Positions 47,324 through 57,413 are shown, counted from the first letter of the stretch. The stretch is 64,000 nucleotides of DNA from an uncultured Gemmatimonadaceae bacterium (GCA_963843845.1 CAWJMB010000002.1:192001-256000), one strand, 5' to 3'. Made by a program: numbers and translations. The notes: generated by a model not told the origin, from the letters alone.

Positions 47324-48967
47324 ATGTCCCCTGCTGCTGACGACGAGCCGACGGGCCCCGCGCCGCTCGGCCGTCGCGCGTTCGTGGCCGCCGCCGCGTT
47401 AGGCACCGCCGCGCTCGGTGCCGTGGCGTTGGGAACGTTGGGCGCCCCGGCGCTCGTCGGTCTCGCGCGCAAGACGGACCGGCCGCTCGCCGGCGCGCTC
47501 GCGGACGACGGACACGCCGCCGGCCACCGGCTGCGCGACGGCCGCGCCAGCCTCGCCGTCCGTCGCCGCGAGCGCCGCGCGATCGTCATCGTCGGCGGCG
47601 GCGTCGCCGGGCTCTCGGCGGCGTGGTGGCTGGCGCGGCACGGGGTGCGCGACGTCGTGCTCCTCGAGCTGGCGTCGCAGGCGGGCGGCAACGCACGGTG
47701 GGGAGAGAACGCGGTCAGCGCGTATCCGTGGGGCGCGCACTACGTCCCCCTCCCGGGCCCGCGCGCTGCTCTCGTGCGGGAGCTGTTCGCCGAGGCCGGA
47801 CTGTTGGGCAGCGACGGCGCGTGGAGCGAGCGCGACCTGTGCTTCGCGCCGAAAGAGCGGACGTTCGTGCACGGCCGGTGGCGCGACGGGCAGGTCGATG
47901 CGCTCGCGCTCGACGCCGGCGCGCAGTCGGAGCTGCACCGCTTCGAGGCGCGCATCGGCGAGCTGCGCGCCGGCGGCGCGTTCACGATCCCGATGGCGCT
48001 CGGCATGTCCGCCGCCGCGGCGACCGGTGTACGGGATCCGCTCGACGCGATCACCGCCGAGGCATGGCTGGCGCAGGAAGGGCTCCGGTCGGGCGCACTG
48101 CGCTGGTACGTCGACTACGCCTGCCGAGACGACTTCGGCACGCGCGCGCGCGACACGTCGGCGTGGGCGATGCTGCACTACTTCGCGGCGCGCGAGGGAG
48201 CGAGCGAGGCCGACGACGCGGGCCCGCTCACCTGGCCGGAGGGGAACGGGCGGCTCGTCACGCACCTGCTGAGTCGCGTCGGCGACCACGTCGTCACGAG
48301 CGCCCCGGTCGCCCGTGTCGAGCGCGCGGGTCGCGGCATGCGCGTGCACGCGGGCGAGGGAACCGAGTGGCTGTGCGACGCCGTGATCTGGGCCGCGCCG
48401 ACGTTCCTCGCGCCGCACGTCGTCGACGGCGCGCCGCCCGTGCCCTGGCGCTACGCGCCGTGGCTCGTCGCGAACCTCACGCTCGACCGCCGCCCGCGCG
48501 CCGCGCCCGACGACGCCCCCGAGGCGTGGGACAACGTCCTCGTCGACTCTCCCGGACTCGGCTACGTGGTCGCGACGCACCAGGCGCTGCGCGCGACGCC
48601 GACCGAGCAGACAGTGTGGACGTACTATCGCGCGCTCGCCGACGGCGACCCGGCGGCCGAGCGCGCGACGCTGCTCGGCATGGACTGGCGAGCCTGCGCC
48701 GAGCTCGCGCTGGGCGATCTCGAACGCGCGCATCCGGACCTGCGCGAGTGCGTCGCGCGCGTCGACGTCATGCGGCACGGTCACGCGATGCCCCGCCCCG
48801 AGCCCGGCTTCCTCGCGCGCCACGCGCCGTGGTGGACCCCGCCCCCCGACGCGCGCGTCTTCTACGCCAACTCCGACGTGAGCGGCCTCTCGCTGTTCGA
48901 GGAAGCCCAGTACCGCGGCGTGCGCGCGGCGGAGGGCGCGCTGGCGCTCCTCGGCGGTGCGCAGTGA
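47324..48967 (+). CDS. FAD-dependent oxidoreductase (amine oxidase-like) with Tat signal
   Basis: RRAFV; IVGGGVAGL..LE; YPWGAHY; YACRDDFG; GHAM; SGLSLFEEAQYRG. Confidence 0.9.
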   Translation: MSPAADDEPTGPAPLGRRAFVAAAALGTAALGAVALGTLGAPALVGLARKTDRPLAGALADDGHAAGHRLRDGRASLAVRRRERRAIVIVGGGVAGLSAAWWLARHGVRDVVLLELASQAGGNARWGENAVSAYPWGAHYVPLPGPRAALVRELFAEAGLLGSDGAWSERDLCFAPKERTFVHGRWRDGQVDALALDAGAQSELHRFEARIGELRAGGAFTIPMALGMSAAAATGVRDPLDAITAEAWLAQEGLRSGALRWYVDYACRDDFGTRARDTSAWAMLHYFAAREGASEADDAGPLTWPEGNGRLVTHLLSRVGDHVVTSAPVARVERAGRGMRVHAGEGTEWLCDAVIWAAPTFLAPHVVDGAPPVPWRYAPWLVANLTLDRRPRAAPDDAPEAWDNVLVDSPGLGYVVATHQALRATPTEQTVWTYYRALADGDPAAERATLLGMDWRACAELALGDLERAHPDLRECVARVDVMRHGHAMPRPEPGFLARHAPWWTPPPDARVFYANSDVSGLSLFEEAQYRGVRAAEGALALLGGAQ

Positions 48968-48974
48968 TTAGCCT

Positions 48975-49073
48975 GTAGTGTTTTCACGGAGGGAACCGAA
49001 GGAACGGACGGGAACCCGGAGTGCGCGTCCACGCCTTTCGAGCTCCTTCGGTTCCTTCCGTCAGGATCACTCC
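48975..49073. repeat. GTAG-initiated REP/REPIN-like element, copy 2
   Basis: GTAGTGTTTTCACGGAGGGAACCGAAGG ... CCTTCGGTTCCTTCCGTCAGGATCACTCC inverted ends. Confidence 0.75.
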
Positions 49074-49090
49074 ACGCGCTTTCCCCTTCA

Positions 49091-50148
49091 GTGACTTCCA
49101 TCGAGCTCGGCCTCGACACGTTCGGCGACGTCACGCACGACGCCGACGGCCGCCTCGAGTCGCACGCGCAGGTGCATCCGCGACGTCGTCGAGGAGGCGG
49201 TGCTCGCCGACGCGGTCGGCGTCGACTTCTTCGGCGTCGGCGAGCACCACCGCGCCGACTTCGCCGTCTCCGCGCCCGAGGTGCGTGCTCGCCGCGATCG
49301 CCGGCCGCACCGAGCGCATCCGCCTCGGCTCCGCCGTCACCGTGCTCAGCTCCGACGACCCGGTGCGCGTCTTCCAGCGCTTCGCGACGCTCGACGCGGC
49401 GTCGAACGGGCGCGCCGAGGTCATCCTCGGCCGCGGCTCGTTCACCGAGTCGTTCCCGCTGTTCGGCTACCCGCTCGACCAGTACGAGGCGCTGTTCGAG
49501 GAGAAGCTCGAGCTGTTCGCCGCGCTGCTGCGCGCGGACGGCACGGGGAGCGCGTGACGTGGCGCGGCACGCGCAACGTGCGCGCGCCGCTCGTGAACCA
49601 GGCGTCGTGCCGCGGATCGAGACGGCGCCGGCGCGCCCGCTCAGCGCCTGGATCGGCGTCGGCGGCAGCCCGGAGTCGGTCGTGCGCGCCGCGCGCTACC
49701 GGTTGCCGCTGATGCTCGCCATCATCGGCGGCGACCCGCGCCGCTTCGCGCCCTACGTCGACGCTCTACCACCGCGCGCTGCGAGCAGGCCGGCGCGCCG
49801 ACGCTCCCGATCGGCGTCCACTCGCCCGGCCACGTCGCCGACACCGACGACGAGGCGCGCGAGCAGCTGTGGCCCGCCTACAAGCAGATGCACGACCGCA
49901 TCGGCGCCGAGCGCGGGTGGGGCCCGATCACGCGCGCCGCGTTCGAGCGCGAGGTCGCGCACGGCTCGCTCTACGTCGGCGCGCCGGAGACGGTCGCGCG
50001 CAAGATCGCCGCGACGGTGACGGCGCTCGGTCTGTCTCGCTTCGACATGAAATACAGCGCCGGGCCGCTCGCCCACGCGCTGCTCATGCGCAGCATCGAG
50101 CTGTACGGGCGCGAGGTGATGCCGCGCGTGCGGGCGCTGCTGGGCTGA
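49091..50148 (+). pseudogene. LLM-class flavin-dependent oxidoreductase; frameshifted
   Basis: [56 protein letters not shown] over several frames. Confidence 0.88.
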
Positions 50149-50154
50149 CCGCGC

Positions 50155-51030
50155 GTGCGTCGCCCTCCGCTCGTCGAGACCGAGGCCGAGCCGTGGCGCC
50201 CGCTCGCCGGGCTGCGGGTGGTCTCGCTCGCCGTGAACGTGCCGGGCCCGGTCGCCGCCGCGCGCCTCGCCGCCATGGGCGCCGAGGTGACGAAGATCGA
50301 GCCGCCGGCGGGCGACCCGCTCGCGAGACTCGCGCCCGGCTGGTATCGCGCGCTCGCCGCGGGGCAGACGGTGGTCTGTCTGGATCTCAAGACCGCCGAC
50401 GGGCGCGCGTCGCTCGAGACGCGGCTCGCGCGCGCCGACGTGCTGCTGACCGCGACGCGCCCGGCCTCGCTCGAGCGGCTCGGGCTCGGCTGGCCGGCGT
50501 TGGGGGCGCGGCACCGGCAGCTCTGCCACGTGCGGATCGTCGGTGAGGCTGGCGACCGCGCCGAGGTCGCGGGCCACGACCTCACGTACCAGGCGGCGCT
50601 CGGCCTGCTCGATCCGCCCCGGCTTCCGCGCACGCTGCTCGCCGACCTCGCCGGCGCCGAGCGCGCCGTGAGCGCGGCGCTCGCCCTGCTCGTCGCCCGC
50701 GCGCGCACCGGCGAGGGCGGCGCGGCCGACGTCGGGCTCGTCGACGCGCTGCGACCGTTCGCCGACCCGCTCCTCCACGGCGCCACGACGCCCGCCGGCC
50801 CGCTCGGCGGCGCGCTCGCCACCTACGCGCTCTACGCGGCGGCCGACGGCTGGGTCGCGGTCGCCGCGCTCGAGCCGCACTTCGCCGCGCGGCTCGCCGA
50901 GTCGCTCGCGGTGCCGCCGGGCGCGCCGCTCGACGCCGGCGCGCTCGCCGCCGCGTTCCGCGCGCGGCCGGCCCGCGAGTGGGCGCGGTGGGCTGAGGCG
51001 CGCGACCTGCCGATCGTCGCCGTCGCGTGA
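50155..51030 (+). CDS. CaiB/BaiF CoA-transferase family III
   Basis: PLAGLRVV..PGP..GAEVTKIEPPAGD; GHDLTY. Confidence 0.92.
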   Translation: MRRPPLVETEAEPWRPLAGLRVVSLAVNVPGPVAAARLAAMGAEVTKIEPPAGDPLARLAPGWYRALAAGQTVVCLDLKTADGRASLETRLARADVLLTATRPASLERLGLGWPALGARHRQLCHVRIVGEAGDRAEVAGHDLTYQAALGLLDPPRLPRTLLADLAGAERAVSAALALLVARARTGEGGAADVGLVDALRPFADPLLHGATTPAGPLGGALATYALYAAADGWVAVAALEPHFAARLAESLAVPPGAPLDAGALAAAFRARPAREWARWAEARDLPIVAVA

Positions 51031-51075
51031 ACGGCGCGCCTAACGCTTTCACGCACGCCTGCACCCGACGACGCC

Positions 51076-51576
51076 ATGACGACGTTCACGCCGCGTGACC
51101 CCGCGTTCGAGGCGCGCGTGCGCGCGAGCTTCGCGCGCCAGCGTTTCATGACGACGTTGGGCGCCGAGCTGGTCGGCGTGCGCCCCGGCGAGGTGACGAT
51201 CGCGCTGCCGTTCGCCGACGCGCTCACGCAGCAGCAGGGGTCGCTGCACGCCGGCGCGGTCACCGCCGTCGTCGACAGCGCGTGCGGCTACGCCGCGCTC
51301 ACGCTCATGGCGCCCGGCGCCGAAGTCGTCAGCGTCGAGTTCAAGATCAACCTGCTCGCCCCCGCGCTCGGCGCGCGCTTCGTCGCCGTCGGGCGCGTAC
51401 TCCGCGCCGGGCGCACGATCACCGTCTGCGCGGGCGAGGTGCGCGTCGACGATGGCGGCGTGAGTGACGCGGCCGGCGGCGCGGGGGGTGCCGTCGTCGC
51501 CGTGATGCAGGCGACGATGATGGCCGTCACGCCCCGGGGATCGCCCCCTTCGCCGGCGGTGCCACGCGGAGCTTGA
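51076..51576 (+). CDS. PaaI family thioesterase
   Basis: QQGSLHAG..VDSACG; EFKINLLAPA. Confidence 0.92.
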   Translation: MTTFTPRDPAFEARVRASFARQRFMTTLGAELVGVRPGEVTIALPFADALTQQQGSLHAGAVTAVVDSACGYAALTLMAPGAEVVSVEFKINLLAPALGARFVAVGRVLRAGRTITVCAGEVRVDDGGVSDAAGGAGGAVVAVMQATMMAVTPRGSPPSPAVPRGA

Positions 51577-52717
51577 GCGAGCTGACGAAGCGGCTCCGCG
51601 CCTCGCCCGTCGGCACGAGATAGCCGGCCGAGAACACCGCCCAGAACGAGTCGATCAGCCGCACCTCGGCGCCGCCGTTGAGCAGCAGCTCGGCGCGTCC
51701 GGCGCGGAACACCGACTGTCCCTCGACGAACGCCTTGTACTGGTTCGCGCCGGCGTACACGCGCGCGCCGATCATGCCGCGCCACGCGAACGGCGCGCCC
51801 GCCGCCGCGCTGTCGCGCGCGTAGGTGCCGCGCGCGCCGAGCACCGCCTGCCCCCCGCCTAACGGCACGCCGAGCAGCGTCCACGCCGCGTACTCCTGCG
51901 CCGTCGGGCTCTCGCCGGCGGACACGCCGGTCGGCGCCGCCCGCCCGCGCGCCGCCGCCGCGACGTCCCAGACGAGCCGGTTCCACGCCGAGTCCTCGAA
52001 CTGTCGCACGCGCCGCCGGAGCGCGTCGAGCGTCGCCGCGTACGCCTCGCCTGCGGCGACGACGCGTATCCCCGTCGAGTCGCGCGAGCGGAGGCAGGCG
52101 AGCGTGGTGCACTCGCGCGCGCCGAGCGAGTCGGCGAGCCGGTCGGCGCGGAGCGTCGCGAGCCGTGTGAGCAGCGCGTCGACATCGGCGACGTAGCGAG
52201 CATCCGTGTGCGGGTCGCTGCGGTCGACGAGGCTGGTGCGCACGCCGATCGCGAAGTCGGAAGGAGCGCCGTCGGTCGTCGCGCGTCGGACGGCGCCCGA
52301 GACGCGGAGCCGCGACAGCACGGCGTTCGCGCGGTAGTCGGCGATCGAGAGGCGCGTGGCGCCGAAGAGCAGCCGCGGCGCGATCTCGAGTCCGGCCGTC
52401 GCGGGAAGCGTGACGCGCCCGCCCGCCCCGGTGAAGCCGGACACCGACGCGGCGAGCTCGCGCGTCGTCGACGGACGTGACAGCTGGCTCGCGTCGACGG
52501 CGACGAGCGCCGTCGCCGGCGCGTCGGGGATCGCGAGGTCGACCTTGTACTGGCTCGCCATCATGCCGGCCGGCGCGTTCGGCAGCTGCGCGCCGGCTGG
52601 CGTGGCGCCGAGCGCGATGCCGAGTGCAGCGCAGAACGCGGCACCGACCGCGGCAAGCGCACCGAGCGCACCGAGCGCGGCGAGCGGGCGCGCGGGCGTG
52701 GCCGCGATCTCGCTCAC
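51527..52717 (-). CDS. Secreted hypothetical protein (possible beta-barrel)
   Basis: Signal peptide ending AGAQ; DLAIPDAPA; alternating beta-strand pattern in C-terminal half. Confidence 0.65.
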   Translation of the reverse strand: MSEIAATPARPLAALGALGALAAVGAAFCAALGIALGATPAGAQLPNAPAGMMASQYKVDLAIPDAPATALVAVDASQLSRPSTTRELAASVSGFTGAGGRVTLPATAGLEIAPRLLFGATRLSIADYRANAVLSRLRVSGAVRRATTDGAPSDFAIGVRTSLVDRSDPHTDARYVADVDALLTRLATLRADRLADSLGARECTTLACLRSRDSTGIRVVAAGEAYAATLDALRRRVRQFEDSAWNRLVWDVAAAARGRAAPTGVSAGESPTAQEYAAWTLLGVPLGGGQAVLGARGTYARDSAAAGAPFAWRGMIGARVYAGANQYKAFVEGQSVFRAGRAELLLNGGAEVRLIDSFWAVFSAGYLVPTGEARSRFVSSLKLRVAPPAKGAIPGA

Positions 52718-53097
52718 GACCGCCCCCGCAGCCGCACGCCGATGACCGGCTCGAAGACGAACTCGCCGCCGGCCGACGCCGCGCCGTGCTCGCCGATCGT
52801 CGCGACGTCCTGCCGGATCTTCACGAGCATGCGCGTCCCCGCCGCCGGCTTCGGCCCCACCGCGCCGACGCACTCGACGATCAGCTCGTCGAGATCGGCG
52901 ACCGGCTCGGGGAGCTTGAACGGCTGCATGGCGCCGGTCGCCAGCGAGCCTTGCGTGAGTCGCATGAACTTCGTGTGCGTCTCGTCCCACAGCCGCAGGT
53001 CGTACGACGCGCCGACCGGGCCGATGCCGACCTCCACCGAGACGAACAGTGGGCCGCCGGCGCGGTCGTAGAACACGAGCTTCGGCGTCGTCGCCAC
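52714..53097 (-). CDS. Hypothetical protein (127 aa)
   Basis: GGAG RBS, GTG start, host-like codons, stop overlaps next start. Confidence 0.6.
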   Translation of the reverse strand: MATTPKLVFYDRAGGPLFVSVEVGIGPVGASYDLRLWDETHTKFMRLTQGSLATGAMQPFKLPEPVADLDELIVECVGAVGPKPAAGTRMLVKIRQDVATIGEHGAASAGGEFVFEPVIGVRLRGRS

Positions 53098-53208
53098 GCT
53101 CAACTCCGCGAGATGGGTGGCGGCGGAAGATCTCGCGTGCGGCGCCCCGCGCAAGAGCCGCGCGGAGGAGTGGCGCGCGCCGCGCCGCGCCGATTCCTTC
53201 TTCCACCT

Positions 53209-54105
53209 ATGCGCATCGGCGTCGACCTGGGCGGAACGAAGATCGAGGCGATCGCGCTCGCCGCCGACGGGCGCGTGCTCGCCCGGGAGCGCGTCGCCAC
53301 GCCGCGCGACTACCACGCCTCGGTCGACGCGATCGCGGTGCTCGTCGCACGCGTCGAGCGGATCGCCGGCAGCCGCGGCACACTCGGCGTCGGCATCCCC
53401 GGCACGCTCGTCGCCGCCACGGGGCTCGTGAAGAACGCCAACTCGACGTGGCTCAACGGCCGCCCACTCGGCGCCGACCTCGAGGCGGCGTCGGGCCGGC
53501 CGGTCCGCCTCGCGAACGACGCGAACTGCTTCGCGCTCTCCGAGGCGGCCGACGGCGCGGCGGCGGGCGCGGCGTGCGTGTTCGGCGTGATCCTCGGCAC
53601 CGGCGTCGGCGGCGGGATCGTCGTCGGCGGGCACGTGCTCGCCGGCGCGAACGGCATCGCCGGCGAGTGGGGGCACACCGCGCTGCCGTGGCCGGCGCCC
53701 GACGAGCGCCCGGGCCCACCGTGCTACTGCGGCCGATCGGGCTGCGTCGAGACCTTCCTCTCCGGGCCGGGGCTCGCGGCCGACCACGCGCGCGCGACCG
53801 GCGACGCGCTCGACCCGCCGACGATCGTCGCGCGCGCCGCGGCGGGCGACGCGGGCGCGGCGGCGACGATGGCGCGGTACCACGAGCGGCTCGGCCGCGC
53901 GCTCGCATCGGTGATCAACGTGCTCGACCCCGACGTCGTCGTGCTCGGCGGCGGGCTGTCGAACGTGCCAGGAATGGCGGCGGCGGCGCGCTCGGCGCTC
54001 GGTCCCTGGGTGTTCTCCGACACGATCGCGACGCGCGTCGTGCGGCACGCGCACGGCGACTCGAGCGGTGTGCGTGGCGCGGCGTGGCTCTGGCCCGCCG
54101 GCTGA
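53209..54105 (+). CDS. ROK family sugar kinase (Mak/fructokinase-like)
   Basis: IGVDLGGTKIE; NDANCFALSE; GTGVGGG; GEWGH; CYCG..GCVE; HGDSSGVRGAAWL. Confidence 0.93.
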   Translation: MRIGVDLGGTKIEAIALAADGRVLARERVATPRDYHASVDAIAVLVARVERIAGSRGTLGVGIPGTLVAATGLVKNANSTWLNGRPLGADLEAASGRPVRLANDANCFALSEAADGAAAGAACVFGVILGTGVGGGIVVGGHVLAGANGIAGEWGHTALPWPAPDERPGPPCYCGRSGCVETFLSGPGLAADHARATGDALDPPTIVARAAAGDAGAAATMARYHERLGRALASVINVLDPDVVVLGGGLSNVPGMAAAARSALGPWVFSDTIATRVVRHAHGDSSGVRGAAWLWPAG

Positions 54106-54119
54106 CTCGCGGCGCGCCG

Positions 54120-54677
54120 TCAGTCCGCGCGGCCGTCGCCGACGAGCGGGTGGCGCACGACCTCCCCGACGAGCGTTTCGTCGCCGAGCGTCACGTAGAG
54201 GTGTCCCTCGGTGACCGAGAGATCGAACGCCATCCGCCGGTCGAGCCGCGCCGCGAGCGAGGCGAGCAGCTCGCGGTCGACGGCGTAGAGCTCCACCTGC
54301 TCGCCCCGGTGGATCCGCTCCCCGGCCACCGCGCGCCGCAGGCGCTCCGGGTCGTGGTGGGTGTAGACCGCCACGCGCGGCGCGGCCTTGCTCGCCCGGT
54401 GCAGCCGTGCGGCGTCCGGCGCGCCGACGTCGATCCACGCGCGCAGCGCGCCGGTGAGGTCGCGCAGCGCGAGCGCCGGTTCGTCCGGCTCGGCCAGCCC
54501 GCGCGAGAACGCGAGGCCCTCGCCGTACTCCAGGCAGAACGCCAGCACGCGCGTCAGGAGGTACTCCTCCGTCTCCGACGGGTGGCGCGCCACCCGGAGC
54601 GCGAGCGGCTCGTAGATGCCGCGGTCGACGTGCGAGAGCTGGATGTCGAACGTGTAGACGGTCGCGCCGAGGGCCAC
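54120..54677 (-). CDS. yaeQ: YaeQ family protein
   Basis: MALGAT..DRG.Y..ARHPSET..EPDEP..WIDVG.PD..RL.RA. Confidence 0.9.
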   Translation of the reverse strand: MALGATVYTFDIQLSHVDRGIYEPLALRVARHPSETEEYLLTRVLAFCLEYGEGLAFSRGLAEPDEPALALRDLTGALRAWIDVGAPDAARLHRASKAAPRVAVYTHHDPERLRRAVAGERIHRGEQVELYAVDRELLASLAARLDRRMAFDLSVTEGHLYVTLGDETLVGEVVRHPLVGDGRAD

Positions 54678-54891
54678 GGAGAGAAGGGACAGGAGGGAAG
54701 CTGAGGCGGCGCTCGCAGCACGCGCGCTCGCGAAAGAGCTGGCGTCCGGCGCGCGGGCGTCCTGATGGAGCACGAAACGCCCGCCGGTCGGCGGGTCGAC
54801 GTGCTCGTAGCGCATGGCCAATGAAACATCGCAGGGCTGAACGGGGGTACTTTGCGCATCGTCTTCGGTCCCGAACTCCTCGCCTGCGCCG

Positions 54892-55884
54892 GTGTCCTCG
54901 CTCGCCTTTCCGTCCTTCGGCTCGCCGTGGGCGCTGCTCCTCCTGCTCCTCCTCCCGCTCTGGTGGGCCACGCGTCGCCGCCGCCCCCCCGCCGCGATCG
55001 TCTTCTCGCGCGCCGGCGTGCTCGCGGAAGGCCCGAAGAACGGGCAGTGGGTGTCGCGCACCCTGTTCGCGCTCCGCAACCTCGCGCTCGCCGGCCTCGT
55101 CATCGCGCTCGCCCGCCCGCGCACCGGCGGCCGCACCGAGGAGTCGCTGAGCGACGGCATCGACATCGTCATCGCCTTCGACCTCTCCAGCTCGATGCTG
55201 GCCGAGGACTTCCAGCCGGACAACCGGCTCGAGGTCGCGCGCTCCAAGGTGAAGCAGTTCATCACCCTGCGCCGCAACGACCGCATCGGCGTCGTCGCGT
55301 TCAGCGGCGAGGCGCTGACGCAGGTGCCGCTGACGACCGACTACCCGGTCGTGCTCGCGGCGGTCGACAACCTGCAGCCCGGGCAGCTCGAGGACGGCAC
55401 CGCGATCGGGAGCGCGATCGTCACCGCCGCGAACCGCCTGCGCTCGGCCCCCGGCCGGTCGCGCGTCATCGTGCTGCTGACCGACGGCGTGAACAACCGC
55501 GGCTCCATCGACCCGCGCACCGCGGCCGAAGCCGCCGCGCAGTTCCGGATCAAGGTCTACACGATCGGCGTCGGCTCGCGCGGGCTGGCGCCGGTGCCCG
55601 TGGGGCGCGGGCTGTTCGGCCTTCGCTACGAGAACCGTCCCGTCGAGATCGACGACTCGCTCCTGACCGACGTCGCCCGCTCGACCGGCGGACGCTACTA
55701 CCGCGCGACGAACGCGCAGGCGCTCGACGAGATCACGCGCGAGATCGACCGCCTCGAGCGGACGCCGGCGCGGACGCACACCTACACGCGCTACACGGAG
55801 CTCTTTCGCTGGCCGCTCAGTGCGGCGGTGCTGTCGCTGTTCCTCGAGCTCGGACTCCTCGCCTGGCGCGCCCCCCTGCTGTGA
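54892..55884 (+). CDS. VWA domain protein (BatA-like)
   Basis: N-terminal PWALL TM; DLSSSM MIDAS; PLTTD; GTAIG; LLTDG.NN. Confidence 0.92.
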   Translation: MSSLAFPSFGSPWALLLLLLLPLWWATRRRRPPAAIVFSRAGVLAEGPKNGQWVSRTLFALRNLALAGLVIALARPRTGGRTEESLSDGIDIVIAFDLSSSMLAEDFQPDNRLEVARSKVKQFITLRRNDRIGVVAFSGEALTQVPLTTDYPVVLAAVDNLQPGQLEDGTAIGSAIVTAANRLRSAPGRSRVIVLLTDGVNNRGSIDPRTAAEAAAQFRIKVYTIGVGSRGLAPVPVGRGLFGLRYENRPVEIDDSLLTDVARSTGGRYYRATNAQALDEITREIDRLERTPARTHTYTRYTELFRWPLSAAVLSLFLELGLLAWRAPLL

Positions 55885-56048
55885 CGCTCAGCCGAGTCGC
55901 GGAAGTGACACGCGTGGAACACGACCGAGCGCGACGGAAGCGCACCGAGCGCTGAGATCGCAGCCCGGTCCGTCGTGTTCGGTCGTCAGCGACGGGGTCG
56001 GGCGTAATCAGATGTATCGCTCGCACACTATTCGCAATAGGTGCGGCC

Positions 56049-57413
56049 ATGACACGCTCGCACCGCTCTCACCACCAGGCCGCCGCGCCCCGCCAGACGC
56101 CCTCCGAGCGTTCGGAGCGGCGCGTGCGCCCGACCGGCGAGCGAGCCGCGGACGTCGAGGTCGGGCGCGTCGTCGGTCACCTCGACGCGGACGGCATCGT
56201 CGAGCGGCGGCAGCATCCGCGGCTTCCGGATGATCTCGCGACCGTCGCGCCACTGTCGTCCGACGAGGTCGTCACCGCGCTCGACGCGGTGAGCGATCCG
56301 CTGTTCATCGTCGATCGCCACTGGCGCGTTCGCTATCTGAACGCCGCCGCGCGTCGCGCCACGTCGATGAACGATGCCGTCGGCGCGGTGCTCTGGCGCG
56401 TCCGGCGACCGCTGACGACCGGCGCACTCTACGAACGGTTGCGCGAGGCGATGCGCGACCGGCGCGCCGTCACCGCCGACGCGTACGCCACGGCCGACGC
56501 AGGCTGGACCACCGTCAGCGCCTACCCGGTCGACGACGGGCTGCTCGTCGTGCACCACACCGTCGACGAGGCCGACGCGGCGTCGTGGGTCAGGCCGCAC
56601 GACGCCGCGCGCGCGAAGAGTCAGTTCCTCGCGACCATGAGCCACGAGCTGCGCACGCCGATCAACGCGATCACCGGCTACACGCAGCTCCTCGAGCTCG
56701 GCGTCGCGGGGCCGGTCACGGCGATGCAGCGCGCATACCTCGACCGGCTGGCGAACAGCAGCCGCCACCTGCTCGCGCTCGTCGACGACGTGCTCGACCT
56801 GTCCACCGACGAGCGCGGCCGACTCAGCATCGCGCGCGAGGTGCGCACCACCGGGCCGGCGGTCGCCACGTCGCTCGCCATCGTCGCCCCGGACGCAGCC
56901 GCGCGCTCGATCCGCCTCGTCGACGAGCGTGCGCGCGACGCCGGCCTCCCCTTCGTCGGCGACGAGCACCGCGTCCGACAGATCCTCGTCAACCTGCTGT
57001 CGAACGCGATCAAGTTCACGCCTCCAGGCGGAACCGTCACGGTCCGCGCCGATCGTCGCAGCGAGCCGGAAGGGAGCGAGTGGGTCGCTCTCTCCGTCCG
57101 CGACACCGGAATCGGTATCTCGGCTGCGCAGCATGGCGCCATCTTCGACGCGTTCATGCAGGCAGACGGTAGCCGCACGCGATCGGTCGGCGGCGCGGGG
57201 CTCGGGCTCGCACTGAGTCGGCGGCTGGCGCGCCTCATGGGAGGGGATCTCATCGTCGACAGCGCGGAGGGTCAGGGCTCGACGTTCACGCTGCTGCTCC
57301 CGACCGCTGGTGCGCTTCCGTCGCCGGCGCAGTCCATGGATGCCCCCCCACCCCCCCCGACTGGTCCACCGCCTCGCTCGCCGAGGTCGCGGCACGGCTC
57401 CGGAGAGAGGTGA
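56049..57413 (+). CDS. PAS sensor histidine kinase
   Basis: FLATMSHELRTP H-box; NLLSNAIKFT; DTGIG; GAGLGL; start uncertain. Confidence 0.92.
   Translation: MTRSHRSHHQAAAPRQTPSERSERRVRPTGERAADVEVGRVVGHLDADGIVERRQHPRLPDDLATVAPLSSDEVVTALDAVSDPLFIVDRHWRVRYLNAAARRATSMNDAVGAVLWRVRRPLTTGALYERLREAMRDRRAVTADAYATADAGWTTVSAYPVDDGLLVVHHTVDEADAASWVRPHDAARAKSQFLATMSHELRTPINAITGYTQLLELGVAGPVTAMQRAYLDRLANSSRHLLALVDDVLDLSTDERGRLSIAREVRTTGPAVATSLAIVAPDAAARSIRLVDERARDAGLPFVGDEHRVRQILVNLLSNAIKFTPPGGTVTVRADRRSEPEGSEWVALSVRDTGIGISAAQHGAIFDAFMQADGSRTRSVGGAGLGLALSRRLARLMGGDLIVDSAEGQGSTFTLLLPTAGALPSPAQSMDAPPPPPTGPPPRSPRSRHGSGER

Noticed and set aside
52714..55779. 1021-aa minus-strand ORF
   Set aside because: Mostly antisense to the ROK and VWA genes; only the last 127 codons look like a real gene
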